A DNA stretch of 64,000 nucleotides. Origin: Chiloscyllium plagiosum. Taxonomy: Eukaryota. Each line of letters begins with the position of its first letter. The stretch's first letter is position 1. Made by a program: the position numbers and the translations under genes. The stretch covers positions 86,292,534 through 86,356,533 of the forward strand of contig NC_057718.1 in NCBI RefSeq assembly GCF_004010195.1, given 5' to 3'. Under the pieces are notes generated by a model. The model saw only the letters and a program-made list of their open reading frames with translations, searched no databases and had not been told where the DNA came from. Of the stretch, positions 53,085 to 64,000 are shown piece after piece.

Positions 53085-53660
53085 GTAACCTTAACTCGAT
53101 CCCGGACTTTTACACACATCTTGAACCAAAACGACCCAAACCTCATCCTCACCTTCAAGCAAGCCCTAACCTTAACCCTCATCCTATGCCTAACCCTAAC
53201 TGTAACCCCAACCAAACCTGAAACCTAACCTGAACACGAAACAGAATCCCACTTCCAAACCTAATCCTCACCACATTGCTAACCATTACCCTAACCATAG
53301 ACCTCAAACATGCTTTACCCTTTCCTGAATTCGAACCAAAATCCTAAACATAACCAAACCACAAATGCAACGATAGATTGAAGGGTTCCTAACTTTAACA
53401 GTGAAACCTAACACTAACGCTAATGGAAATATTCAACCAAACATTAAACCCACCCTAACCCTAACCCTGAGCCTAACCCTAACCCAAGCCATAATCCTAA
53501 CACCTCCCCTAACCCGAACCCTAACTTGAGCACACAGTTTTAACCCTGATCCTAGCCATAACCCAAAACATTCCCTCACACTAATCCTATACCTAACACT
53601 AATCCTATACCTAACACTAATCTTAACACTAACCCAAACACGGACCCAAACCCTATTGCA
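53085..53660. repeat. Degenerate (CCCTAA)n telomere-like array
   Basis: ccctaaccctaa runs with hexamer periodicity. Confidence 0.75.
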
Positions 53661-55290
53661 AATCAGAATGCACACTTCACAGCACCTGATGAAGGTGTAT
53701 TCCTGACCTGGATCGTCTCCTCCACTGTCCATTTGATGTTGTACAAGCACTTCTGAAGCTCAACCGATTGCACATCCAGTATCTGTCACACAACAGACAG
53801 CTCCAGAGGCTCATCACCATCAGACTGGGGCACAGCATCTAGTCAGCTTCCACCATTGCTGTCAGTGTCTGAGGGCTGCACGATCAGCTTTCACCCGAGA
53901 TTGGGATGTGCTTGTGACCACCCCCCACCCCCCTACACCTCAGCAGATGTGCACAAACCCATCAAGATGTGATGCTTCCTCAGACACAAGCCCAAAGCCC
54001 CTGTATAGCTCCCTGTTCCCCCTCAGTGGGCAATACTGCTCACTGAGGAGTGGTTACAGAGATCATCTGTTAATCTGTTATTAAAAAGAAGAGATTAATG
54101 ATGATTACATCTTCATCTGTGATCATTTAAGAGGACACATGCCCTCTCTGTGAAATCAATTGAACAGTGTTACAAACATCTCCATTTCAGAGGATGTGCC
54201 AACGTTCTCTCTCTGCCAATGGTGACAGTATCTCTGTTCTTCTGCCCTTCCTTCCTGGAGTAAGCTTGGTCCTTCTGAATCTTACCTTGTGTACTCCCAT
54301 TCCTGCCCCTCAGCCTCCAGCCTCCCTGTGAGTCTCCAGGTGAGTGACCAACTGCAACATCTCCTCCTCCTCCATCAGAGTCAATTTGGCCACACCTCCA
54401 CTGGTCCTCGTTCTCTCACTCAGCCTCTTGCAGCACGTCAACCACATTGACCAGCTACACCCACATCTACTGTCTGCCTCTGCCAACATCTGCTCGATAA
54501 CTGTGACACAGAGGAGGGCTCACTCCTCGACCTTAGGCCTGCCCTGGACGGGGTGGATTATATCTCCACCTTGGCAAAGGGGTTGGTGAAAGATGGCACT
54601 GTCACAGGAGACACCAGGGTTTAAGTTCACAGTCTAACCTGCTCCCTCAACAATAAAGGTTCGGAACTCTCAATGCTGCCTCCCCACAGCTGAAGGATAT
54701 TTACACAATCCCACTTCCCCTCAGCTGCCTGCTCATCCCCACAGCCCTGTACAATGACGGCCAGAGCTGACTTGCTGTTCACGGCCTGACCCTTCTCCCA
54801 GTGGATACCTGTCCTCACCGTGTGCTTCACTGAGGAGGGCCCTGGCACCATGTGACTTGGGTGACCAGCACTTGGTCCCATTGTGAAGATCGTTCAGGTG
54901 TGTGAGCACGTGGACTGGGCACTATCCCATCGACCTGCCTGATCCCACTGACCAACATCAAATCCAGGCCCATGACCCAGCAACAGACCCAGACACATGG
55001 CGCTAAAAACCCAGTCAGAGAGAGCTTTGGGATCCAGAAATCTGAAAGTACCTGTTCCTCCCAGACAAGGACCATTTAGCACACGTCAGGTCACAGATTC
55101 CGCAAGTCCTCATGGAACTAAACTAAAATTCACAAATTACAGCATGAGCTGTTTCTTGTAGGAACACCTGAAACTGGATCCAGCATGAGGAGAGAAAGAG
55201 GGAGGGTTTATACACTGAGAGATATATCACGGGAAAGAACAGAGTGAAAGTGGGATTGAAAAGATAACACAACCTGCTTCAGCTTCTTAC

Positions 55291-55360
55291 CAGGAACTCC
55301 GAAGATTGCGAGGAAATGGTAGTAAGTGAAAGCTATCTGTTCAATTGTTGATAATTCCAT
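55291..55360 (-). CDS. Exon 1 of intact GPR139-like gene A
   Basis: MELSTIEQIAFTYYHFLAIFGVP-G|gtaag joins exon 2 in frame (GVP-A-NLL), like the GLP-ANIL segment of GPR139; in-frame upstream ATG at 55414 also possible. Confidence 0.88.
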
Positions 55361-55421
55361 TTTCAGAGAGAGGATGATATCAATTGTTGTTGACAGATCT
55401 GAATCATCAGACATTCATCTG

Positions 55422-55428
55422 TTATATA
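55422..55428 (-). promoter_or_regulatory. Candidate TATA box of gene A
   Basis: TATATAA about 65 nt upstream of the ATG. Confidence 0.4.
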
Positions 55429-57677
55429 AAGCAACTAAATCTCCCCTGTGATTTTGTGCAGTTGCAGAGAGAGTGAAATTAGTTTGCGGTCTTTGAACAA
55501 ACAGTCACAGTTAATTTTAATAGATATTACACAATACAATCTTCACCTACACTGGAAGATTGAAGGAGAACAATTGGGCCAGGTCCATCTCAGGGCTCCT
55601 TGCTCGTTCTCTTAGTGCTCTCTACACGGATGCTCAAGGCGTCCCTCCCACGCCTGGCCTTTCTCATTCTTTTCCCCCAACCAAAGCTTAAAGACTCACA
55701 ATATTTCTGTCATGTCTTCCCTTTGGTGCAGACACAAAGCCAGACAGTTTGGTGTGGTTTCCAGCCGTCATCAGTCAAGGGAGCGGACATGTTGCTGTGC
55801 AGCACCGCACTACATCGATCTTACACCCGCACCATGTGACAACAGTGTCCAGTTTGTATGAATGGTGTCATCCAAAGAGGCGTAAAGCAAATGGCAGGTT
55901 ATTGGTATCATTGACAGTCACACATCACAACACACCTGATGCATACAGACATTTCCTTGGCAAGTCTTCTGAATCTAGATTTCTTCTCTCTTTCGAGAGC
56001 CTACTTTGCTTGATCTTGCATTTTCTGTTTCCGAATCTGCATTAACTGGGTCCTTTGGTTAACCACAACAGTCTTTGTTTTTGGCAGAATCCATGTGAGG
56101 CATCATGGATCAATTTCAAAGCTAAGAGCCTCTAATCTACCTGAGACTAAACTAAAGCTCCACATTTTTAGTCCTTAATATAATCCACAATACAGTCACC
56201 TCTGACAATGTGTGTCTTTATAAATAAACAGATGGATAAACATTGCTTTATACACAGCAAACTTTGGATTAGCCGGCACCATGTGAACTGGCACTTTCAA
56301 TAAACCAGCAACAAGTATATCCCTGAAATATCATCGCAATCTCCGCAAAGCCTGAAGGTGAAAGTGAAAAGGATCTCTGTTGGTAAATTTTATTTAAGGC
56401 AACATTACATTATTACTGAAGTGATTTTTGCAGCAAATAAAGGATAACAGTGATGTGCATATCCTCATATTGCGTTTCTATTACTGAGTGTGTTTTTACA
56501 TTGGTTGTTTGAACCTCTTGATCGACAAGATTGTTTGATCAACTAATCCACTCCTGGTCCTCCAGGTGCTGGGTAGTCAAACGTTTGCTGTACTCGTCTA
56601 GAATACAAGGTGACGATGCTGTCACTTTAACAGTTTATTTTCTCCTCTTGTTCTTTGCAGAGAAGTTGGAAGGCCAAGGTACGGAGCTGTCTCACAGAAA
56701 GTAAACAATTTGCGAGGCCTTAGGGTTAGTTTTAAGGTTGGAACAATGGAAGCAGCCTGGGTGTGGCCAGCTCGCACACACCAGGCTTTCTCCTTTTTTT
56801 CACTGATTTGGTTCAGTTTTAATCAGAAGCCTTTGGGGTCTCAAAAGAGTTGGGAGTACATTGAATATCTCCTAGATGCTACTTTCTTTGAATTTTCTCT
56901 TGATATTTTTCCTCCTGGATGGGAGAACTGCATGTGAGAGTCTGTGTCTGAATTTGCCTTTTTGCCAAGGGCTGTGTTTATGGGATGTTACTATACTGGA
57001 ACAGTTAAAAAAGGAAACTTACTGTATTGATTATTTGATTAAGTTTTCCAACAGTTGAAGTATTCTCAATTCCTCTTTCTTTTGGTTGTATTTTAACTCT
57101 AATTTTTAAATCAATTTTGTTTTGCTTAATATCGAGTAGTTTGATCAGTCACATTGCACCTGGAACACATTTACCTTTAAAATAAGAAAAGGTTAGGGTC
57201 TAGGCTACCTTCTTAAAATAATTTGAAGCGGTCTGGTCTCGTACATAATCTTGTCAAGACTGAAATCTATAATTCAAGGTTGGGTTTAGGATTGTTGGAC
57301 CCAAAGGCAACGAGAGGTAATTGTTGGTGCCTTTTATTTTGGGTATTGAATTCATTTGGTTTAAGCAGGGTGTGGCTTGTGTCGTAATGGATCATTCTGT
57401 TATGAAGAGTTTTCTGGGGCTGGAAGAAAGGGGTTTAAATAAAAGTGATCAAGGCACAGCTTTTGGAATTGGTAAAGAGGCTGGAGTTGGGGTTGCCTGG
57501 GTCTGCAAGGAAAGGGGAGGTAGTTGTGGCAATTGCACAACATTTAAAATCATCAAAACTACCATCAGAATCTTTGGAAACGGCTAAAATTCAATTGTTA
57601 ATGAATCAGTTTGAATCAGAGGCAAAAGATAAGGAAAGGATACCTTGGCAGAAGAAAAAGTCAGAGAAAAAGCGACT

Positions 57678-57920
57678 GACTGCGTGGAGTTTGCACATTC
57701 TCCCCGTGTCTGTGTGGGTTTCCTCCGAGTGCTCCAGTTTCCTCCCACAATCCAAAAATGTGCAAGTTAGATGAATTGGCCCATGCTAAATTGCCCGTAG
57801 TGTTAGGTGAAGGGGTAAATGTAGGGGAATGGGTCTGGGTGGGTTGCACTTCAGCGGGTCAGTGTGGACTTGTTGGGCTGAAGGGCCTGTTTCCACACTG
57901 TAACTAATCTAATCTAAACT
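57678..57920 (+). mobile_element. 5'-truncated HE1-type SINE inserted in gag
   Basis: Core GTGGAGTTTGCACATTCTCCCCG and (taatc)n tail. Confidence 0.85.
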
Positions 57921-60900
57921 AAAAAGAAGTGAAACAGTTTGAATTACGATTAAAAGCAAAGGAAAAAGAAAAGGAGAGGAAGACTCCAGCAGAAGAAAGA
58001 GAGAAAGAGAGAGAGCTTAATCTTCAGAACTTGGTAATTAGAGAAGAAAGTCGACAAAAAAGGGCAGAGGTGAAGACAGAAGGTACATTTAGTGACTAAG
58101 ATCATGATGACAAGCAAACTCATTGTAGACAAAGGTCTGGTGGGGATCTTTTTAAATATGCCTAAGCATTACCTAAATTCAACAAGAAAGATGCAGAAGG
58201 CTTCTTCATTTCATTTCAGGAAGTGGCTAAAAAATGAAGTGACCAGTGACCATGTGGGTATTGTCAATTCAAACAAAGATGGTAGGTAGAGCTGGTGAGT
58301 TATTTGCAAAACTATCGGAGGAAGTCCCTGGGGAGTATGAGGGGGTGAAGAAAGCGATCTGAAGTACTCGTACCAGAAGCCGACAGACAATGTTTCAGGA
58401 ATCTAAAGAGGCACCCTGGTCCAACATACATTGAGTTTGAAATGATCACACAAAGTAATTTGATAGGTAGATAAGGCATTGAAAATACATCAAACATCTT
58501 ACACTCTTAGAAAGATGATTATTTTGGAGAAGTTCAAATCTCACTTCCTGAAGCAATGAGAACTCATGTGGAAGAGCTGATTATCAGTGGAAATGGCTCA
58601 TGATCATGAATTGGTTCATAAATCAAAGTGTAGCATCCAACATCAATTTCAATCTGTGAGTGACAGAAATTGGGGAAAAGAGAGAGTAAAGATAGTTTAT
58701 CACAAGGTAAACAGGAAACCCATGAGGCAGAAAGGGAGGTGAGAAAAAGCTCAGGTTTTTTCACTGCCATAAGATGGGCGAAATTGGGGAAAAGAGAGAG
58801 TAAAGATAGTTTATCACAGGGTAAACAGGAAACCCCTGAGGGGGGAAAGAGAGGTGAGAAAAAGCTCAGGTGTTTTCACTGTAATGAGATGGGCCACATG
58901 AAGTCACAGCGTTGATGGTTTAGAAAAATCACTGGGAAGACAGATATAGGAAAACAGGAGAAGCCAATGAGTTTTGTTGAAGTGATTAAGGAAGCACAGT
59001 GGAAGGTGAAAAGCTGCAGCAGAATGTACAGGGGCTGGTCAGGGGCTGGTTCAGAAGTAAATACCAGATCTTCTTAAAACACTTACTTCTGAGAGTAAGG
59101 TTTACTCATGTGCTCAGGATGAGCAGGGAAAAACATTACAATATTAAGAGATGCAGGAGATAGAGACAAGAGATACATACTGATGTTGAGAGATGCGGAG
59201 ATGTGTAATTCAGAAGGACTGTTGATAGAAAAAGTGGTAATATGTGGAATTCATGGTGAGACAAGAAGCATTCCATTATGTAAAGTGAGTTGGAGTATGC
59301 CAAAAACAGAGAAGTGGTAGTAGGAGTAATGGAGAAATTCCAGGCTCAGGAATACAATTTATCCTTGGAAATGACATAGCAGGTTCACAGGTAGGAGTGC
59401 TGTCTACTGTGGTGGAAAAGCCAGTGGAAAATCAGACAACTGATGTTTGACAGGAAGTACATCCTGACTGTGTGGTAACAAGTTCACAAAGCCACCAGTT
59501 GAAGCAAGAGGAAAAAAATCAAAGAATAAAGATCAGGGAGTTGAAATACAATTATCCGAGACCATGACTGATTGAATGGTTGAGAAAAGAAACAAGAGCA
59601 GGTGGAGTAGAAAATGGATATTTTTATTTCAGGGAAATTAGCTGACTTACAACAGAAAGATGAGAAACTGAAGCAGTTGTATCAAAAAGCATACACAGAA
59701 GAAGAATCTGAGTTTATTTCAGAATGTTGTTAACTTAAACATGACACCTTGATGAGGAAATGGAGACCATCACATATTCAGGTGGATGAGTTGACTCGAC
59801 AGGCTTTGAAAGTAGTACAATATATGATGAAACAGGAAACAGACAAGAAATCACAAATTCACAATTTTACTTGTGGAGATAAAGTGCTAGTGTTACTTCC
59901 AGTGATTGTTGATCCATTAAAAGCAAGGTTTAGTGGATTTATCTAATCAAAGGGTGATTTCGTGAGGTAAATTATTTGATAAAAATACCAGACATAAAGA
60001 AATCTCGCAGGATGTGTCATGTCAATATGCTCAGAAGGTGTTTTGATAAGCAAGGAAAGCAAAAGAAGAATATATTACTGGTTACAACACATCGTGAAGA
60101 ATCAAGTTCAGAGGATTTTGTATTGGACATTCTTCCAATTAAATTGGACAATGAGGAAGTTCTCAAAACTTGGAATAAATTACTGAGTTATCTTCCAGAG
60201 GAAAAATGAACTTAAAGAGTAATTGTTATTGCAGGGAGAGATGTGTGGGAATAAGCTGGAAAGTAATAATCTAATTACACATGATATAGTTGAAGGAAAT
60301 GTTGTTCCAATTAAACAATACCCTTATAGACTTAATCCACTAAAATTGGCACAGGTTCAAAAGAGATTGGATGCATGTTCAAAGACAACATAATCAAAGC
60401 GAGTTGCAATGAATGGAGTTCACCCATAGTAATGGTGCCAAAACCACATAGAACCCAATGATTATCTGTGGTCTATTGCAAAGTCAGTGCAGTTACAAAA
60501 TCTGATTCATATCCTATTCCACATTTAGAAGACTGCACTGAGAAGGTGGGACAAGCAACTTACATTTCTAAGTTGGACTTACTCAGAGGATACTGGCAGG
60601 TACCTTAATCTGATAAACTTAAGACAATTTCAGCTTTCTGATCACACTTTTCAATTCAGTACTAATTTAAAGTCATGCCATTTATTATGAAAATGTACCA
60701 GTCACATTTCAAAGTCTATTCAGGATTATCTTATTGTGTGGTATACATTGAAAACCTAATGACTTTTAGTCAGACATGAGAGGAACATTTGCAGAATTTA
60801 TTGGAATTGCTCAATTGACTTCAGGAGGCAGGCTTGGTGATAAACCTGGCAAAGATTCAGTTCACAAAAGCCCAAGTCATGTTCCTGGACCATGTTTTTG

Positions 60901-61024
60901 GAAATGGACAGATGACCACAGGGAATGTGAAAACAAAGGTTATTGAGGATGTTCCCATACCTTTGACGAAGAGGGCAATACTATGATTCCTGGAATTTTA
61001 TCTGAAGTTCATAATGGATTTTGT

Positions 61025-61195
61025 TCAACAGGTTTATTTGGAAGTAGTGGTTTTCAGAGTGCTGCTCCTTCTAGTTACCTGTGAAAGGAGCAGCACTCTG
61101 AAAGCTAGTGCTTCCAACTAAACCTGTTGGACTATAACCTGGTGATGTGTGATTTTTAACTTTGTCCACCCCAAAGCACTGGCACCTCCACATCA
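61025..61195. mobile_element. Solo Penelope terminal-repeat hairpin inserted in Gypsy pol
   Basis: Inverted arms caacaggttta..gctgctcctt / aaggagcagc..taaacctgttg; same family as 16390-16478. Confidence 0.8.
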
Positions 61196-61749
61196 GCACT
61201 GGACTTTAACAGTGTGGTTGCTGCACTGACTGACTTCCTGAAGTGCAGAAAATGTCAGTGGACAGTAAACTGTCAGAAGACATTTGACAACCTGAAAGTT
61301 GCATTAACCACTGCCCAGTGTTAGCCACAATTAATTACGCAAAGCCATTCAAGATGGCTATCAATGCAAGTGATGTGGGTGTTGATGCTATACTCTTACA
61401 AGAAGACAGCAGGAACATAAAAAGATCTAATGGTTATGTTCCAGAAAATTGAATCCTCATCAACAGAAATATTCCACAATTGAGAATGAAGCCTTGAATT
61501 TGGTGTTAGTGTTACAACATTTCAACATTTATATCGTCCGTAATGTGTCTAAGACAATTGGATGTACTGATCTGAGAAAGTGGCTAAACAAATTAAATGG
61601 CAAGTGACCGTGTGGGTATTGTTGATCCAAATGAAGTTGGTAGTGAGGTCATAGAGCTAGTGAGGTCATAGAGTCATAAAGATGCACAGCGTGGAAACAA
61701 ACTCTTTGGTCTAACTCGTTCATGCTGACCAGATATTCTAAATTAACTT

Positions 61750-63150
61750 TTGCCAGCATTTGGCAAGGTTCCCCATGGTAGGCTTATGCGGAAAGTCAGG
61801 AGGCATGGGATAGTGGGAAATTTGGCCAGTTGGATAGAGAACTGGCTAACCGGTCGAAGTCAGAGAGTGGTGGTAGATGGTAAATATTCAGCCTGGAGCC
61901 CAGTTACAAGTGGAGTTCCGCAGGGATCAATTCTGGGTCCTCTGCTGTTTGTAATTTTTAAAAAATGTTTTTTTAAAAAATTTTTATTAATGACTTAGAT
62001 GAGGGAGACGAAGGGTGGGTCAGTAAATTTGCAGAAGATACGAAGATTGGTGGAGTTGTGGATAGCGAGGAGGGCNNNNNNNNNNNNNNNNNNNNNNNNN
62101 NNNNNNNNNNNNNNNNNNNNNNNNNNNNNNNNNNNNNNNNNNNNNNNNNNNNNNNNNNNNNNNNNNNNNNNNNNNNNNNNNNNNNNNNNNNNNNNNNNNN
62201 NNNNNNNNNNNNNNNNNNNNNNNNNNNNNNNNNNNNNNNNNNNNNNNNNNNNNNNNNNNNNNNNNNNNNNNNNNNNNNNNNNNNNNNNNNNNNNNNNNNN
62301 NNNNNNNNNNNNNNNNNNNNNNNNNNNNNNNNNNNNNNNNNNNNNNNNNNNNNNNNNNNNNNNNNNNNNNNNNNNNNNNNNNNNNNNNNNNNNNNNNNNN
62401 NNNNNNNNNNNNNNNNNNNNNNNNNNNNNNNNNNNNNNNNNNNNNNNNNNNNNNNNNNNNNNNNNNNNNNNNNNNNNNNNNNNNNNNNNNNNNNNNNNNN
62501 NNNNNNNNNNNNNNNNNNNNNNNNNNNNNNNNNNNNNNNNNNNNNNNNNNNNNNNNNNNNNNNNNNNNNNNNNNNNNNNNNNNNNNNNNNNNNNNNNNNN
62601 NNNNNNNNNNNNNNNNNNNNNNNNNNNNNNNNNNNNNNNNNNNNNNNNNNNNNNNNNNNNNNNNNNNNNNNNNNNNNNNNNNNNNNNNNNNNNNNNNNNN
62701 NNNNNNNNNNNNNNNNNNNNNNNNNNNNNNNNNNNNNNNNNNNNNNNNNNNNNNNNNNNNNNNNNNNNNNNNNNNNNNNNNNNNNNNNNNNNNNNNNNNN
62801 NNNNNNNNNNNNNNNNNNNNNNNNNNNNNNNNNNNNNNNNNNNNNNNNNNNNNNNNNNNNNNNNNNNNNNNNNNNNNNNNNNNNNNNNNNNNNNNNNNNN
62901 NNNNNNNNNNNNNNNNNNNNNNNNNNNNNNNNNNNNNNNNNNNNNNNNNNNNNNNNNNNNNNNNNNGAGAGTGGTGGGGGCATGGAATGCGCTGCCTGTG
63001 GGAGTGGCAGAGTCAGAATCATTCGTGACCTTTAAGCGGCACTTGGATAGGTACATGGATGGGTGCTTAAGCTAGGACAAATGCTCGGCACAACATTGTG
63101 GGCCGAAGGGCCTGTTCTGTGCTGTATTATTCTATGTTCTATGTTCTATG
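61750..63150 (+). mobile_element. CR1/HER1 LINE (RT to 3' tail; centre in gap)
   Basis: '[24 protein letters not shown]'; (ttctatg)n tail. Confidence 0.85.
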
Positions 63151-63189
63151 TCCATCTGAAATCTTCTTAGTCGTGTACCAGTCTAGATC

Positions 63190-64000
63190 CTTTTAAATGT
63201 TGTAATTGTATCTGCCTCCATCACTTCCTCTGGCAGCTCTTTCTCGATATTTAACACGTTAAAAAGTTCTTCCTCAGCTACTTTCTCCCCTCACCTATGC
63301 CCTCCAGTTTTGGACTCCCTAGCTGAGGACCTGGATTTTCATTCTATCCATCCTCCTCAATGATATTATAAACCTCTATAATGTCAGCCCTCAGCATCCC
63401 ATGCTCCAGAGAAAATAGCTTCAGTCAATTCAGCCTCTCACTATAGCTCAAATCCTCTCACCCTGGCAATGTCTTTGAACAAATTTTCTGAACCCTTTCA
63501 AGTTTAACACTATCTTTCCCATAGCGGGGAGACCAGAATTGAATGTGGTATCCCAAACATGGCCAAACCAATGTCCTGCACAGCTGCAAGATGACATCCC
63601 AACTCTTACACTCAACGCACTGACCAATAAAGGTAAGCATCCCATTTGCGTTCTTCACTACCCTGTCTGCTGTGACTACTTTCAAGGAACTATGAACCTG
63701 CATCCCTTGGTCTCATTGTTCAGCAACACAACCCAAGAGATTTCCATTAAATGCATGAGTCCTGCCCTGACTCCCTGATTTGCTCTACCAAAATGCACCA
63801 ACTCACATTTATCTAATCTAAACTCCATCTGCCACCTTTCAACCAACTGGCTCAACTGATCAAGGTCTTGTTTTACTCTGAGATAACCTTCTTCTCTGTC
63901 CAGTCCACCAACAATTTTGGTGTCATCTGCAAGTTAACTAGCCATTCCTCCAATGTGCACATCCAAATCTTTTATATAAATGATAAGAATGGTGGACCCA
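63190..64000 (-). mobile_element. CR1/HER1 LINE fragment
   Basis: 'IQFWSPRYGKDSVKLERVQK'. Confidence 0.85.

Larger units (their letters stand above)
56610..61570 (+). mobile_element. Gmr1-like Gypsy element (5' LTR, gag, PR, internally deleted INT, RT, RH)
   Basis: LTR ~56610-57250 resembles 46077-46700; CFHCNEMGHMKSQ knuckle; 'MRKWRPSHIQ' fused to integrase C-terminus; RT and RNaseH downstream; ~114-bp tandem duplication at 58666-58890. Confidence 0.88.

Noticed and set aside
50205..55360. Assigning the symbol gpr139
   Set aside because: Similarity is family-level and there are many paralogs; orthology cannot be shown from this window
1..64000. CRISPR arrays, rRNA or prokaryotic operons
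   Set aside because: None seen; spliced vertebrate DNA whose repeats are explained by transposons and duplications

Overview
Repeat-rich vertebrate genomic DNA with several N gaps. HE1-type SINEs and HER1/CR1-type LINEs point to a shark or ray. The host content is a tandem cluster of two-exon GPR139/GPR142-like class A GPCRs undergoing birth-and-death evolution. One copy is intact (minus strand; exon 1 55291-55360 + exon 2 50205-51124; 329 aa), one divergent copy has a single frameshift (35573-38687), and there are several truncated pseudogenes and orphan first exons. Two consecutive tankyrase ankyrin-repeat exons with their intron lie stranded in the cluster. The rest is transposon-derived: CR1-type LINEs, SINEs, three Gmr1-like Gypsy elements (integrase before RT), decayed Harbinger elements and at least two Penelope-like families carrying minimal hammerhead ribozyme motifs, inverted repeats and clear target-site duplications (TSDs). 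All calls are by eye; element boundaries are approximate unless a splice site or TSD is quoted.
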